DNA of 64,000 bases, from NCBI RefSeq assembly GCF_032444005.1, contig NC_091290.1, positions 10,726,001 to 10,790,000 of the forward strand, read 5' to 3'. The notes beneath the pieces were generated by a model that saw only the letters and a list, made by a program, of their open reading frames with translations, was not told the origin of the DNA and made no database searches. The stretch's first letter is position 1; each line of letters opens with the position of its first letter. A program made the position numbers and the translations under genes. The stretch is from Ranitomeya imitator. Lineage: Eukaryota. Shown here in pieces: positions 14,201 to 25,145 of the stretch.

Positions 14201-15768
14201 ACCCAGTGTACAGTATACAGTATATACACCCAGTATACAGTATATACACCCAGTGTACAGTATATACACCCAGTGTACAGTATATACCCCCAGTGTACAG
14301 TATATACACCCAGTATACAGTATATACACCCAGTATACAGTATATACACCCAGTGTACAGTGTATATACCCCCAGTGTACAGTATATACACCCAGTATAC
14401 AGTATATACACCCAGTGTACAGTATATACACCCAGTATACAGTATATACACCCAGTATACAGTATATACACCCAGTATACAGTATATACCCCCAGTGTAC
14501 AGTGTATATACCCCCAGTGTACAGTATATACACCCAGTATACAGTATATACCCCCAGTGTACAGTATATACCCCCAGTATACAGTATATACACCCAGTAT
14601 ACAGTATATACACCCAGTGTACAGTATATACACCCAGTGTACAGTATATACACCCAGTGTACAGTATATACCCCCAGTGTACAGTATATACCCCCAGTGT
14701 ACAGTATATACCCCCAGTGTACAGTATATACACCCAGTATACAGTATATACCCCCAGTGTACAGTATATACCCCCAGTGTACAGTATATACACCCAGTGT
14801 ACAGTATATACCCCCAGTGTACAGTATATACACCCAGTGTACAGTATATACCCCCAGTGTACAGTATATACACCCAGTGTACAGTATATACACCCAGTAT
14901 ACAGTATATACCCCCAGTGTACAGTATATACACCCAGTGTACAGTATATACCCCCAGTGTACAGTATATACACCCAGTGTACAGTATATACACCCAGTGT
15001 ACAGTATATACCCCCAGTGTACAGTATATACACCCAGTGTACAGTATATACCCCCAGTGTACAGTATATACACCCAGTGTACAGTATATACCCCCAGTGT
15101 ACAGTATATACACCCAGTGTACAGTATATACCCCCAGTGTACAGTATATACACCCAGTGTACAGTATATACCCCCAGTGTACAGTATATACCCCCAGTGT
15201 ACAGTATATACACCCAGTATACAGTATATACCCCCAGTGTACAGTATATACACCCAGTGTACAGTATATACACCCAGTGTACAGTATATACCCCCAGTGT
15301 ACAGTATATACACCCAGTGTACAGTATATACACCCAGTATACAGTATATACCCCCAGTGTACAGTATATACCCCCAGTGTACAGTATATACACCCAGTGT
15401 ACAGTATATACCCCCAGTGTACAGTATATACACCCAGTGTACAGTATATACCCCCAGTGTACAGTATATACCCCCAGTGTACAGTATATACACCCAGTAT
15501 ACAGTATATACCCCCAGTGTACAGTATATACACCCAGTGTACAGTATATACCCCCAGTGTACAGTATATACACCCAGTGTACAGTATATACACCCAGTGT
15601 ACAGTATACAGTATATACCCCCAGTGTACAGTATATACACCCAGTGTACAGTATATACCCCCAGTGTACAGTATATACACCCAGTGTACAGTATATACAC
15701 CCAGTGTACAGTATACAGTATATACCCCCAGTGTACAGTATATACACCCAGTGTACAGTGTATATACC
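11201..15768. repeat. Satellite block B, about 20 bp unit GTGTACAGTATATAC(A/C)CCCA with 18- and 27-bp variants
   Basis: Tandem units directly visible; C-run spacer; ends about 315 bp upstream of the ccnd1 ATG. Confidence 0.97.
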
Positions 15769-15970
15769 GCCGTGCAGGCTGCAGCTCTGTCTCCCACTAG
15801 TGGTGGTCTCTGTGCGCCTCGGACCCTCCCCCGGCTTCATCATCATCATGGAGGAGGAGGAGGAGGAGGAGGCGGCTCCGGCCATGTACTCTCGGCCAGG
15901 CCCCTGCTCCTCTTTCTCTTTCTCTCATTCCCTCTGTTCTGTGGTCCGGGGCAGAGGCTCCTGCAGGACG

Positions 15971-16060
15971 GGCTCAGTCACACCGTGCGGCTCCGTGACA
16001 CCGTGTGGCTCCGTGACACCGTGCGGCTCCGTGACACCGTGCGGCTCAGTCACACCGTGC
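15971..16060. repeat. 18-bp minisatellite x5 (GGCTCMGTSACACCGTGY) directly upstream of the ccnd1 ATG
   Basis: Five units at 15971, 15989, 16007, 16025 and 16043, followed by (GGC)4. Confidence 0.92.
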
Positions 16061-16083
16061 GGCGGCGGCGGCTCGGGAGCGGC

Positions 16084-16275
16084 ATGGAGCTGCTGTGCTG
16101 TGAGGTGGACACGATCCGCAGGGCCCATGTGGACCGGAACCTGCTGACGGAGCGCGTGCTGCGGACCATGCTGAAGGCGGAGGAGACGTGCGGCCCGTCC
16201 ACCAGCTACTTCAAGTGCGTGCAGCGGGAGATCCTGCCCTACATGCGGAAGATCGTGGCCACCTGGATGCTGGAG
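16084..16275 (+). CDS. ccnd1: Cyclin D1 coding exon 1 (64 codons, includes the LxCxE Rb-binding motif)
   Basis: ATG at 16084 reads [64 protein letters not shown], then the GT donor (GAG|gtgcgc) at 16276. This is the N-terminus of vertebrate cyclin D1. Confidence 0.97.
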
Positions 16276-16369
16276 GTGCGCGGGCGGCTCTGCGGGCGGG
16301 GGGTCACCGGCCTGGAAGCACCGAGGAGCCCCCGGGGACAGGCTGAGCTCCGGGCCCGCTGCTACTGCT

Positions 16370-16470
16370 GCCCCTGGGGTCACCTCTGCCCCCCTGGGGT
16401 CACCTCTGCCCCCCTGGGGTCACCTCTGCCCCCCTGGGGTCACCTCTGCCCCCCTGGGGTCACCTCTGTC
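16370..16470. repeat. 20-bp minisatellite x5 (CCCCTGGGGTCACCTCTGCC) in ccnd1 intron 1
   Basis: Period of 20 visible. Confidence 0.92.
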
Positions 16471-16679
16471 CCCGGCCATCACCTGCGGGGGGGGGGGGAG
16501 CAGGTCCACATTTTATCTGTGGCCCCAAACCCGAAGTTCCTGCTTCTGCCAATCAGTGAAGGGAGCAGAAAAAGTCGCAGAACTTTCCAAAGTCATTGCA
16601 TTAACCCCTGCAGGACTGGAGGGAGGCTGCGCAGGGTTATGTGGCATAATGGGCAATGTAGCAATGTGATGGTTATCAA

Positions 16680-19070
16680 ATAGGTGGATGCAGCAGAGCT
16701 GAGTGTGTTCTGTATAGGTGGATGCAGCAGAGCTGAGTGTGTTCTGTATAGGTGGATGTAGCAGAGCTGAGTGTGTTCTGTATAGGTGGATGTAGCAGAG
16801 CTGAGTGTGTTCTGTATAGGTGGATGCAGCAGAGCTGAGTGTGTTCTGTATAGGTGGATGTAGCAGAGCTGATTGTGTATAGGTGGATGCAGCAGAGCTG
16901 AGTGTGTTCTGTATAGGTGGATGTAGCAGAGCTGATTGTGTATAGGTGGATGTAGCAGAGCTGAGTGTGTTGTCTATAGGTGGATGCAGCAGAGCTGAGT
17001 GCTGTGTATAGGTGGATGCACACAGCTGATTGTGTATAGGTGGATGTAGCAGAGCTGAGTGTGTTGTCTATAGGTGGATGTAGCAGAGCTAGTATGCTGT
17101 GTATAGGTGGATGCACACAGCTGAGTGTGTATAGGTGGATGTAGCAGAGCTGATTGTGTTGTGTATAGGTGGATGTAGCAGAGCTGATTGTGTTGTGTAT
17201 AGGTGGATGCACACAGCTGATTGTGTATAGGTGGATGTAGCAGAGCTGAGTGTGTTCTGTATAGGTGGATGTAGCAGAGCTGATTGTGTATAGGTGGATG
17301 CAGCAGAGCTGAGTGTGTTCTGTATAGGTGGATGTAGCAGAGCTGATTGTGTATAGGTGGATGTAGCAGAGCTGAGTGTGTTGTCTATAGGTGGATGCAG
17401 CAGAGCTGAGTGCTGTGTATAGGTGGATGCACACAGCTGATTGTGTATAGGTGGATGTAGCAGAGCTGAGTGTGTTGTCTATAGGTGGATGTAGCAGAGC
17501 TAGTATGCTGTGTATAGGTGGATGCACACAGCTGAGTGTGTATAGGTGGATGTAGCAGAGCTGATTGTGTTGTGTATAGGTGGATGTAGCAGAGCTGATT
17601 GTGTTGTGTATAGGTGGATGCAGCAGAGCTGATTGTGTTGTCTATAGGTGGATGCAGCAGAGCTGAGTGCTGTGTATAGGTGGATGTAGCAGAGCTGAGT
17701 GTGCTGTGTATAGGTGGATGTAGCAGAGCTGATTGTGTTGTGTATAGGTGGATGCAGCAGAGCTGATTGTGTTGTCTATAGGTGGATGCAGCAGAGCTGA
17801 GTGCTGTGTATAGGTGGATGTAGCAGAGCTGAGTGCTGTGTATAGGTGGATGCAGCAGAGCTGATTGTTGTCTATAGGTGGATGCAGCAGAGCTGAGTGT
17901 GTTGCACGTAGGTGGATGCAGCAGAGCTGAGTGTGTTGCACGTAGGCGGATGCAGCAGAGCTGAGTGTGTGGCACGTAGCCGGGTGCAGCAGAGCTGAGT
18001 GTGTTGCAAGTAGGCGGGTGCAGCAGAGCTGAGTGTGTGGCACGTAGGCGGGTGCAGCAGAGCTGAGTGTGTGGCACGTAGGCGGGTGCAGCAGAGCTGA
18101 GTGTGTGGCACGTAGGCGGGTGCAGCAGAGCTGAGTGTGTGGCACGTAGGCGGGTGCAGCAGAGCTGAGTGTGTGGCACGTAGGCGGGTGCAGCAGAGCT
18201 GAGTGTGTGGCACGTAGGCGGGTGCAGCAGAGCTGAGTGTGTGGCACGTAGGCGGCTGCAGCAGAGCTGAGTGTGTGGCACGTAGGCGGGTGCAGCAGAG
18301 CTGAGTGTGTTGCACGTAGCCGGGTGCAGCAGAGCTGAGTGTGTTGCATGTAGGCGGGTGCAGCAGAGCTGAGTGTGTGGCACGTAGGCGGCTGCAGCAG
18401 AGCTGAGTGTGTGGCACGTAGGCGGGTGCAGCAGAGCTGAGTGTGTTGCACGTAGCCGGGTGCAGCAGAGCTGAGTGTGTGGCACGTAGGCGGGTGCAGC
18501 AGAGCTGAGTGTGTGGCACGTAGGCGGGTGCAGCAGAGCTGAATGTGTTGCACGTAGGCGGGTGCAGCAGAGCTGAATGTGTTGCACGTAGGCGGGTGCA
18601 GCAGAGCTGAATGTGTTGCACGTAGCCGGGTGCAGCAGCGCTGAGTGTGCTGTGTATAGGTGGATGTAGCAGAGCTGAGTGCTGTGTATAGGTGGATGCA
18701 GCAGAGCTGAGTGTGTTGCACGTGGGCGGGTGCAGCAGAGCTGAGTGTGTGGCACGTAGGCGGGTGCAGCAGAGCTGAGTGTGTGGCACGTAGGCGGGTG
18801 CAGCAGAGCTGAGTGTGTGGCACGTAGGCGGGTGCAGCAGAGCTGAGTGTGTGGCACGTGGGCGGGTGCAGCAGAGCTGAGTGTGTGGCACGTAGGCGGG
18901 TGCAGCAGAGCTGAGTGTGTGGCACGTAGGCGGGTGCAGCAGAGCTGAGTGTGTGGCACGTAGGCGGGTGCAGCAGAGCTGAGTGTGTGGCACGTGGGCG
19001 GGTGCAGCAGAGCTGAGTGTGTGGCACGTAGGCGGGTGCAGCAGAGCTGAGTGTGTGGCACGCAGGCGGA
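16680..19070. repeat. About 34-bp minisatellite filling ccnd1 intron 1, with two subtypes (TATAGGTGGATGYAGCAGAGCTGAGTGTGTTCTG, then CACGTAGGCGGGTGCAGCAGAGCTGAGTGTGTGG)
   Basis: Tandem units visible; subtype switch at about 17900, with brief reversion at about 18640-18710. Confidence 0.97.
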
Positions 19071-19145
19071 TGGGGGGAGGGGGGTCGTCATGCTCAGGAG
19101 AGGTCCCATTCTAACCAGTGCCACCATCTTGTCTCCCACCACCAG

Positions 19146-19361
19146 GTCTGTGAAGAACAGAAGTGTGAGGAGGAAGTCTTCCCGCTCGCCATGAACTATT
19201 TGGACCGATTCCTTTCTGTGGAGCCGCTAAAGAAAAACCGATTACAGCTGCTGGGGGCGACCTGCATGTTCCTGGCATCCAAGATGAAGGAGACCATCCC
19301 TTTAACTGCGGAGAAGCTCTGTATTTACACGGATAATTCCATCAGGCCGGAGGAGTTACTG
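19146..19361 (+). CDS. ccnd1: Cyclin D1 coding exon 2 (216 nt, cyclin box)
   Basis: Acceptor accag|GTC; translates [72 protein letters not shown]; donor CTG|gtaatt. Confidence 0.97.
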
Positions 19362-19797
19362 GTAATTTCCTGTTTACTGTACATCGGGCTGCGCTTACGT
19401 TTGTGCCATTAATGGGATATTAGGGGTTTTTGGGGGGTTTTTTTGCGCTTTGGTTAGAGAGACCCCTTTGTAGGTCACCGCTTGTGGTGGTCACAATGCC
19501 TCGTGCAACAGTGGGAGGGGGCAAAAAAAAGAGCATTTAATGCAAAGAGCTGGGGAACAATGTAACAGTTCTAGGCCACGCTTCTGCCACATGCTGCGAA
19601 CATTCCATGGCATCTGGCGCCCCCTAGTGGATGCATGCAGGAACTGCACCGCTGCTTTTATGGGGCAGGCCAGAGGCATACTGGGAGTTGTAGTTCTGCA
19701 GCAGCTAATTCTTTCTGCATTAGACATTGTCTATTTCTCTGTATTCCCAATTGTAACGTTTTGTCTCGCCCTTTTTTTTTCCTCTGTCTCCTCTCAG

Positions 19798-19957
19798 ATC
19801 ATGGAACTGTTAATTTTGAACAAGCTGAAGTGGGACATGGCCTCCGTGACGCCTCATGACTTTATTGAACACTTTCTTTACAAAATGCCACTGACTGACG
19901 ACACCAAGCAGATCATCCGCAAACACGCCCAGACTTTTGTGGCTCTCTGTGCTACAG
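19798..19957 (+). CDS. ccnd1: Cyclin D1 coding exon 3 (160 nt)
   Basis: Polypyrimidine tract then ctcag|ATC; [53 protein letters not shown]; phase-1 donor ACAG|gtacgg. Confidence 0.97.
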
Positions 19958-20653
19958 GTACGGGTGTTATGAAAGGCATGTTCTGGAATTGCTGATGCTC
20001 GCCCTGCTATTCCCACTGTTACTGTAAACCCCTCCCCCCATTTGCACATTTTACACCCCGTCAGGTTATATTGGTGGATTACTGACTATAAGGGGTTAAA
20101 AAAATGTGCCGGAAATGGTAAGTTATGAAGGAGCAAAAGTTTTCCTAACTTTCTAACTTATTGCACTGAAGAAAAAAAAAAAATGATGTAGCAGATCAAA
20201 GTGTGTGAATGTAAGAGCAGCTGCGCTGTTCGGAAGCGCGCCGCCGCTTTTATCTGGCACAGGGCAGCGCTTGTGCCACCATTTTTTGTTTTGCCATCTG
20301 TAAACTTATTGGATAATAAAAGCGCCATTGTAGCACCCGGCAAGTTGTCAGTTCAGCCAAGTATATCGTTGTGCGCTAATGGTCAGCGGCCCGGACCCTG
20401 CAGCCGCCACCGCACACTCCTGACAGTGTTGGTGAAACTGACACCCGCCGCTGACGTCTGCCGCTGACATCTCCGCTAGTTGCACAGCTAATGCTTTGTG
20501 CCGTGGTGTAGAGGCACGTTTCGGGGGTGGGGTAGCGCCTCTTGTGCAGACCCGTACTGAGTCCATGTGTTGACCTAAGATGGTGGCCGGCCCGGCATGA
20601 CCTTTTTATGATCTGAGCTGCCCCTTTAAGAACTGTATCCATACGCCAAGCTC

Positions 20654-23357
20654 GTTACAGTTACATAGTAACATAGTTAGTAAGGCCGAAAAAAGACATT
20701 TGTCCATCCAGTTCAGCCTATATTCCATCATAATAAATACCCAGATCTACGTCCTTCTACAGAACCTAATAATTGTATGATACAATATTGTTCTGCTCCA
20801 GGAAGACATCCAGGCCTCTCTTGAACCCCTCGACTGAGTTCGCCATCACCACCTCCTCAGGCAAGCAATTCCAGATTCTCACTGCCCTAACAGTAAAGAA
20901 TCCTCTTCTATGTTGGTGGAAAAACCTTCTCTCCTCCAGACGCAAAGAATGCCCCCTTGTGCCCGTCACCTTCCTTGGTATAAACAGATCCTCAGCGAGA
21001 TATTTGTATTGTCCCCTTATATACTTATACATGGTTATTAGATCGCCCCTCAGTCGTCTTTTTTCTAGACTAAATAATCCTAATTTCGCTAATCTATCTG
21101 GGTATTGTAGTTCTCCCATCCCCTTTATTAATTTTGTTGCCCTCCTTTGTACTCTCTCTAGTTCCATTATATCCTTCCTGAGCACCGGTGCCCAAAACTG
21201 GACACAGTACTCCATGTGCGGTCTAACTAGGGATTTGTACAGAGGCAGTATAATGCTCTCATCATGTGTATCCAGACCTCTTTTAATGCACCCCATGATC
21301 CTGTTTGCCTTGGCAGCTGCTGCCTGGCACTGGCTGCTCCAGGTAAGTTTATCATTAACTAGGATCCCCAAGTCCTTCTCCCTGTCAGATTTACCCAGTG
21401 GTTTCCCGTTCAGTGTGTAATGGTGATATTGATTCCCTCTTCCCATGTGTATAACCTTACATTTATCATTGTTAAACCTCATCTGCCACCTTTCAGCCCA
21501 AGTTTCCAACTTATCCAGATCCATCTGTAGCAGAATACTATCTTCTCTTGTATTAACTGCTTTACATAGTTTTGTATCATCTGCAAATATCGATATTTTA
21601 CTGTGTAAACCTTCTACCAGATCATTAATGAATATGTTGAAGAGAACAGGTCCCAATACCGACCCCTGCGGTACCCCACTGGTCACAGCGACCCAGTTAG
21701 AGACTATACCATTTATAACCACCCTCTGCTTTCTATCACTAAGCCAGTTACTAACCCATTTACACACATTTTCCCCCAGACCAAGCATTCTCATTTTGTG
21801 TACCAACCTCTTGTGCGGCACGGTATCAAACGCTTTGGAAAAATCGAGATATACCACGTCCAATGACTCACCGTGGTCCAGTCTATAGCTTACCTCTTCA
21901 TAAAATCTGATTAGATTGGTTTGACAGGAGCGATTTCTCATAAACCCATGCTGATATGGAGTTAAACAGTTCTTCTCATTGAGATAATCCAGAATAACAT
22001 CCCTCAGAAACCCTTCAAATATTTTACCAACAATAGAGGTTAGACTTACTGGCCTATAATTTCCAGGTTCACTTTTAGAGCCCTTTTTGAATATTGGCAC
22101 CACATTTGCTATGCGCCAATCCTGCGGAACAGACCCTGTCGCTATAGAGTCACTAAAAATAAGAAATAATGGTTTATCTATTACATTACTTAGTTCTCTT
22201 AGTACTCGTGGGTGTATGCCATCCGGACCCGGAGATTTATCTATTTTAATCTTATTTAGCCGGTTTCGCACCTCTTCTTGGGTTAGATTGGTGACCCTTA
22301 ATATAGGGTTTTCATTGTTTCTTGGGATTTCACCTAGCATTTCATTTTCCACTGTGAATACCGTGGAGAAGAAGGTGTTTAATATGTTAGCTTTTTCCTC
22401 GTCATCTACAACCATTCTTTCCTCACTATTTTTTAAGGGGCCTACATTTTCAGTTTTTATTCTTTTACTATTGATATAGTTGAAGAACAGTTTGGGATTA
22501 GTTTTACTCTCCTTAGCAATGTGCTTCTCTGTTTCCTTTTTGGCAGCTTTAATTAGTTTTTTAGATAAAGTATTTTTCTCCCTATAGTTTTTTAGAGCTT
22601 CAATGGTGCCATCCTGCTTTAGTAGTGCAAATGCTTTCTTTTTACTGTTAATTGCCTGTCTTACTTCTTTGTTTAGCCACATTGGGTTTTTCCTATTTCT
22701 AGTCCTTTTATTCCCACAAGGTATAAACCGCTTACACTGCCTATTTAGGATGTTCTTAAACATTTCCCATTTATTATCTGTATTCTCATTTCTGAGGATA
22801 TTGTCCCAGTCTACCAGATTAAGGGCATCTCTAAGCTGGTCAAACTTTGCCTTCCTAAAGTTCAGTGTTTTTGTGACTCCCTGACAAGTCCCCCTAGTGA
22901 AAGACAGGTGAAACTGCACAATATTGTGGTCGCTATTTCCTAAATGCCCAACCACCTGCAGATTTGTTATTCTGTCAGGTCTATTAGATAGTATTAGGTC
23001 TAAAAGTGCTGCTCCTCTGGTTGGATTCTGCACCAATTGTGAAAGATAATTTTTCTTGGTTATTAGCAGAAACCTGTTGCCTTTATGGGTTTCACAGGTT
23101 TCTGTTTCCCAGTTAATATCCGGGTAGTTAAAGTCCCCCATAACCAGGACCTCATTATGGGTTGCAGCTTCATCTATCTGCTTTAGAAGTAGACTTTCCA
23201 TGCTTTCTGTTATATTTGGGGGTTTGTAACAGACCCCAATGAGAATTTTGTTACCATTTTTCCCTCCATGAATTTCAACCCATATGGACTCGACATCCTC
23301 ATTCCCTTCGCTAATATCCTCCCTTAAAGTGGACTTTAGACAAGACTTTACATAGAG
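20654..23357 (-). mobile_element. CR1-clade LINE, 5'-truncated, antisense in ccnd1 intron 3
   Basis: ORF2 with partial APE endonuclease and RT. The 3' end has a short (actatgtt/taac)-type repeat at about 20654-20680. Truncated within the endonuclease at the LYVK motif. Confidence 0.95.
20766..23357 (-). CDS. CR1 ORF2 fragment (partial endonuclease plus reverse transcriptase), uninterrupted frame of about 863 codons
   Basis: Motifs GDFN, LDLILSN, SDHN, YLDFSKAFDTV, GVPQGSVLGP and FADD. The frame stays open 52 codons upstream of the ATG at 23201. Confidence 0.92.
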   Translation of the reverse strand, partial: LYVKSCLKSTLREDISEGNEDVESIWVEIHGGKNGNKILIGVCYKPPNITESMESLLLKQIDEAATHNEVLVMGDFNYPDINWETETCETHKGNRFLLITKKNYLSQLVQNPTRGAALLDLILSNRPDRITNLQVVGHLGNSDHNIVQFHLSFTRGTCQGVTKTLNFRKAKFDQLRDALNLVDWDNILRNENTDNKWEMFKNILNRQCKRFIPCGNKRTRNRKNPMWLNKEVRQAINSKKKAFALLKQDGTIEALKNYREKNTLSKKLIKAAKKETEKHIAKESKTNPKLFFNYINSKRIKTENVGPLKNSEERMVVDDEEKANILNTFFSTVFTVENEMLGEIPRNNENPILRVTNLTQEEVRNRLNKIKIDKSPGPDGIHPRVLRELSNVIDKPLFLIFSDSIATGSVPQDWRIANVVPIFKKGSKSEPGNYRPVSLTSIVGKIFEGFLRDVILDYLNEKNCLTPYQHGFMRNRSCQTNLIRFYEEVSYRLDHGESLDVVYLDFSKAFDTVPHKRLVHKMRMLGLGENVCKWVSNWLSDRKQRVVINGIVSNWVAVTSGVPQGSVLGPVLFNIFINDLVEGLHSKISIFADDTKLCKAVNTREDSILLQMDLDKLETWAERWQMRFNNDKCKVIHMGRGNQYHHYTLNGKPLGKSDREKDLGILVNDKLTWSSQCQAAAAKANRIMGCIKRGLDTHDESIILPLYKSLVRPHMEYCVQFWAPVLRKDIMELERVQRRATKLIKGMGELQYPDRLAKLGLFSLEKRRLRGDLITMYKYIRGQYKYLAEDLFIPRKVTGTRGHSLRLEERRFFHQHRRGFFTVRAVRIWNCLPEEVVMANSVEGFKRGLDVFLEQNNIVSYNY

Positions 23358-24599
23358 TTGCTGGCGTTCTTGATACTTTGTTACCCCTATTAGGTGGCAC
23401 GTTCGTCTTTTTTCGGGAATGTCACATAACTGGCTCTGGCGTTCTCCGCGGTGCCATATAAGCGCGTCAGTAGCCCAATGCAGCGCGTTTCAGGTCATGT
23501 AGGTTTTTGTTAACCCCCGAAGTGCTGCAGCCCGCCATGACTTTGCCCTGGAGCCCTGCGGCGTGTTCTCCGGCGGCCTCGCTCCTGCAGGCCGGGGTGA
23601 CCTGTTTTGTGACCAGTGAACCTGCTGAATGAACACGCCGCCGGTTCAAAGGTTGCCGACTCGGCTTGTTAAGACTCCGGCACTTTGATCTGTTTCCCTG
23701 TTGTTTCAGGCTAAGGTGCACGCAGCGTCATCATCCCCCCCCCCCCATATACCAGCAACGGAGGCTGAGGTCCATAACATACAGCAATGATTGCCGCAAC
23801 TACTACTCCCAGCAGGCAAAGTCAGGCAGCAGCTTCTGCCAAATAAGCCTGTGCATGCCCTTGAGGCTGCAGCTGGGAGTTGTAGTCCTGTGATAGCTGG
23901 AGAGGCCGGGTGATGGTCACATTAAGGATAAGAATCTGGTATTTTAGGATGATTTTTGATTTTGCTCGGAAGCCGCGAGGTGGCAGATGTTCTATGGGCG
24001 GAACATTCTATGGGCGGAACGTTCTTCATTTCAATTGTGTGTTTTATTATCTGTAATGAGGTTTAATGTTTACACCAGATTGAGCTGAAGTATTGGATTA
24101 TCCATCTATTTATCTATTATCTGTTTATCTATTATCTATCGTTTATCATTATCTGTCATCTATCCATTTATCTATGTCACATTTCTTGAGTTCTTTTTTT
24201 CCTTATCTATGAGATGATAGAGAGAAAATTAAGGAGAAATATCTCATTATTCTCTGATTGATCTCGCATGTAAAGCGCCATGGAATAAATGGACGCTGTA
24301 ATAATAATAATAATATGTATATAGTGAAAAACAAGAAGTAAGAGAAGGAAAGAAACAAGTAAATTAGATCTTCTTCCTTCTTCATCTATTTATTGGATAA
24401 AAACAAAAATAGTTTGAGTAGAAAATATCTATCACTATATCTTTCTATCTCTCCATTTATCTTCATCTATTCATAGCATTCTTTCTTTCTCTGTCTTTAT
24501 CACTTTCTTCCTTTTTGGCTTTCTATAGTTTTTTCATTCTCTTTACCTTTTTTCTAGCTATCTTTCTATAATTATTTCTCTTTCCTTCTTTGTAGTTTT

Positions 24600-25145
24600 C
24601 TATCACTTGTTTCTCTTTTTCCTTTCTTTCGCTCTCTATATCTATCTTTTTCTTCATCCGTATCTTTCCATCTTCATCTTTCCATCTTCATCTTTCCATC
24701 TTCATCTTTCTATCTTCATCTTTCCATCTATCTTCATCTTTCTATCTTCATCTTTCCATCTATCTTCATCTTTCTATCTATCTTCATCTTTCTATCTATC
24801 TTCATCTTTCTATCTATCTTCATCTTTCTATCTATCTTCATCTTTCTATCTTCATCTATCTATCTTCATCTATCTATCTTCATCTTTCTATCTTCATCTT
24901 TCTATCTTCATCTTTCTATCTTCATCTATCTATCTTCATCTATCTATCTTCATCTTTCTATCTATCTTCATCTTTCTATCTATCTTCATCTTTCTATCTA
25001 TCTTCATCTTTCTATCTATCTTCATCTTTCTATCTATCTTCATCTTTCTATCGATCTTCATCTTTCTATCGATCTTCATCTTTCTATCGATCTTCATCTT
25101 TCTATCTATCTTCATCTTTCTATCTATCTATCTTCATCTTTCTTT
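24600..25145. repeat. Compound pyrimidine-rich microsatellite (TCTA / TCTTCA / TCTT units)
   Basis: Low-complexity tandem tctatcttcatctt. Confidence 0.95.

Noticed and set aside
5746-16683. Giant ORFs of 500-2700 aa on both strands
   Set aside because: They are translations of 20-23 bp satellites whose units lack stop codons. All frames give permutations of the same peptide, with no domain content. Only the tail of the 9880-16683 ORF overlaps real ccnd1 exon 1.
23795-23890. ZNF143-like ACTACAACTCCCAGC motifs (also about 19680)
   Set aside because: They occur as the arms of a short palindromic interspersed repeat, so I cannot support them as specific regulatory sites.
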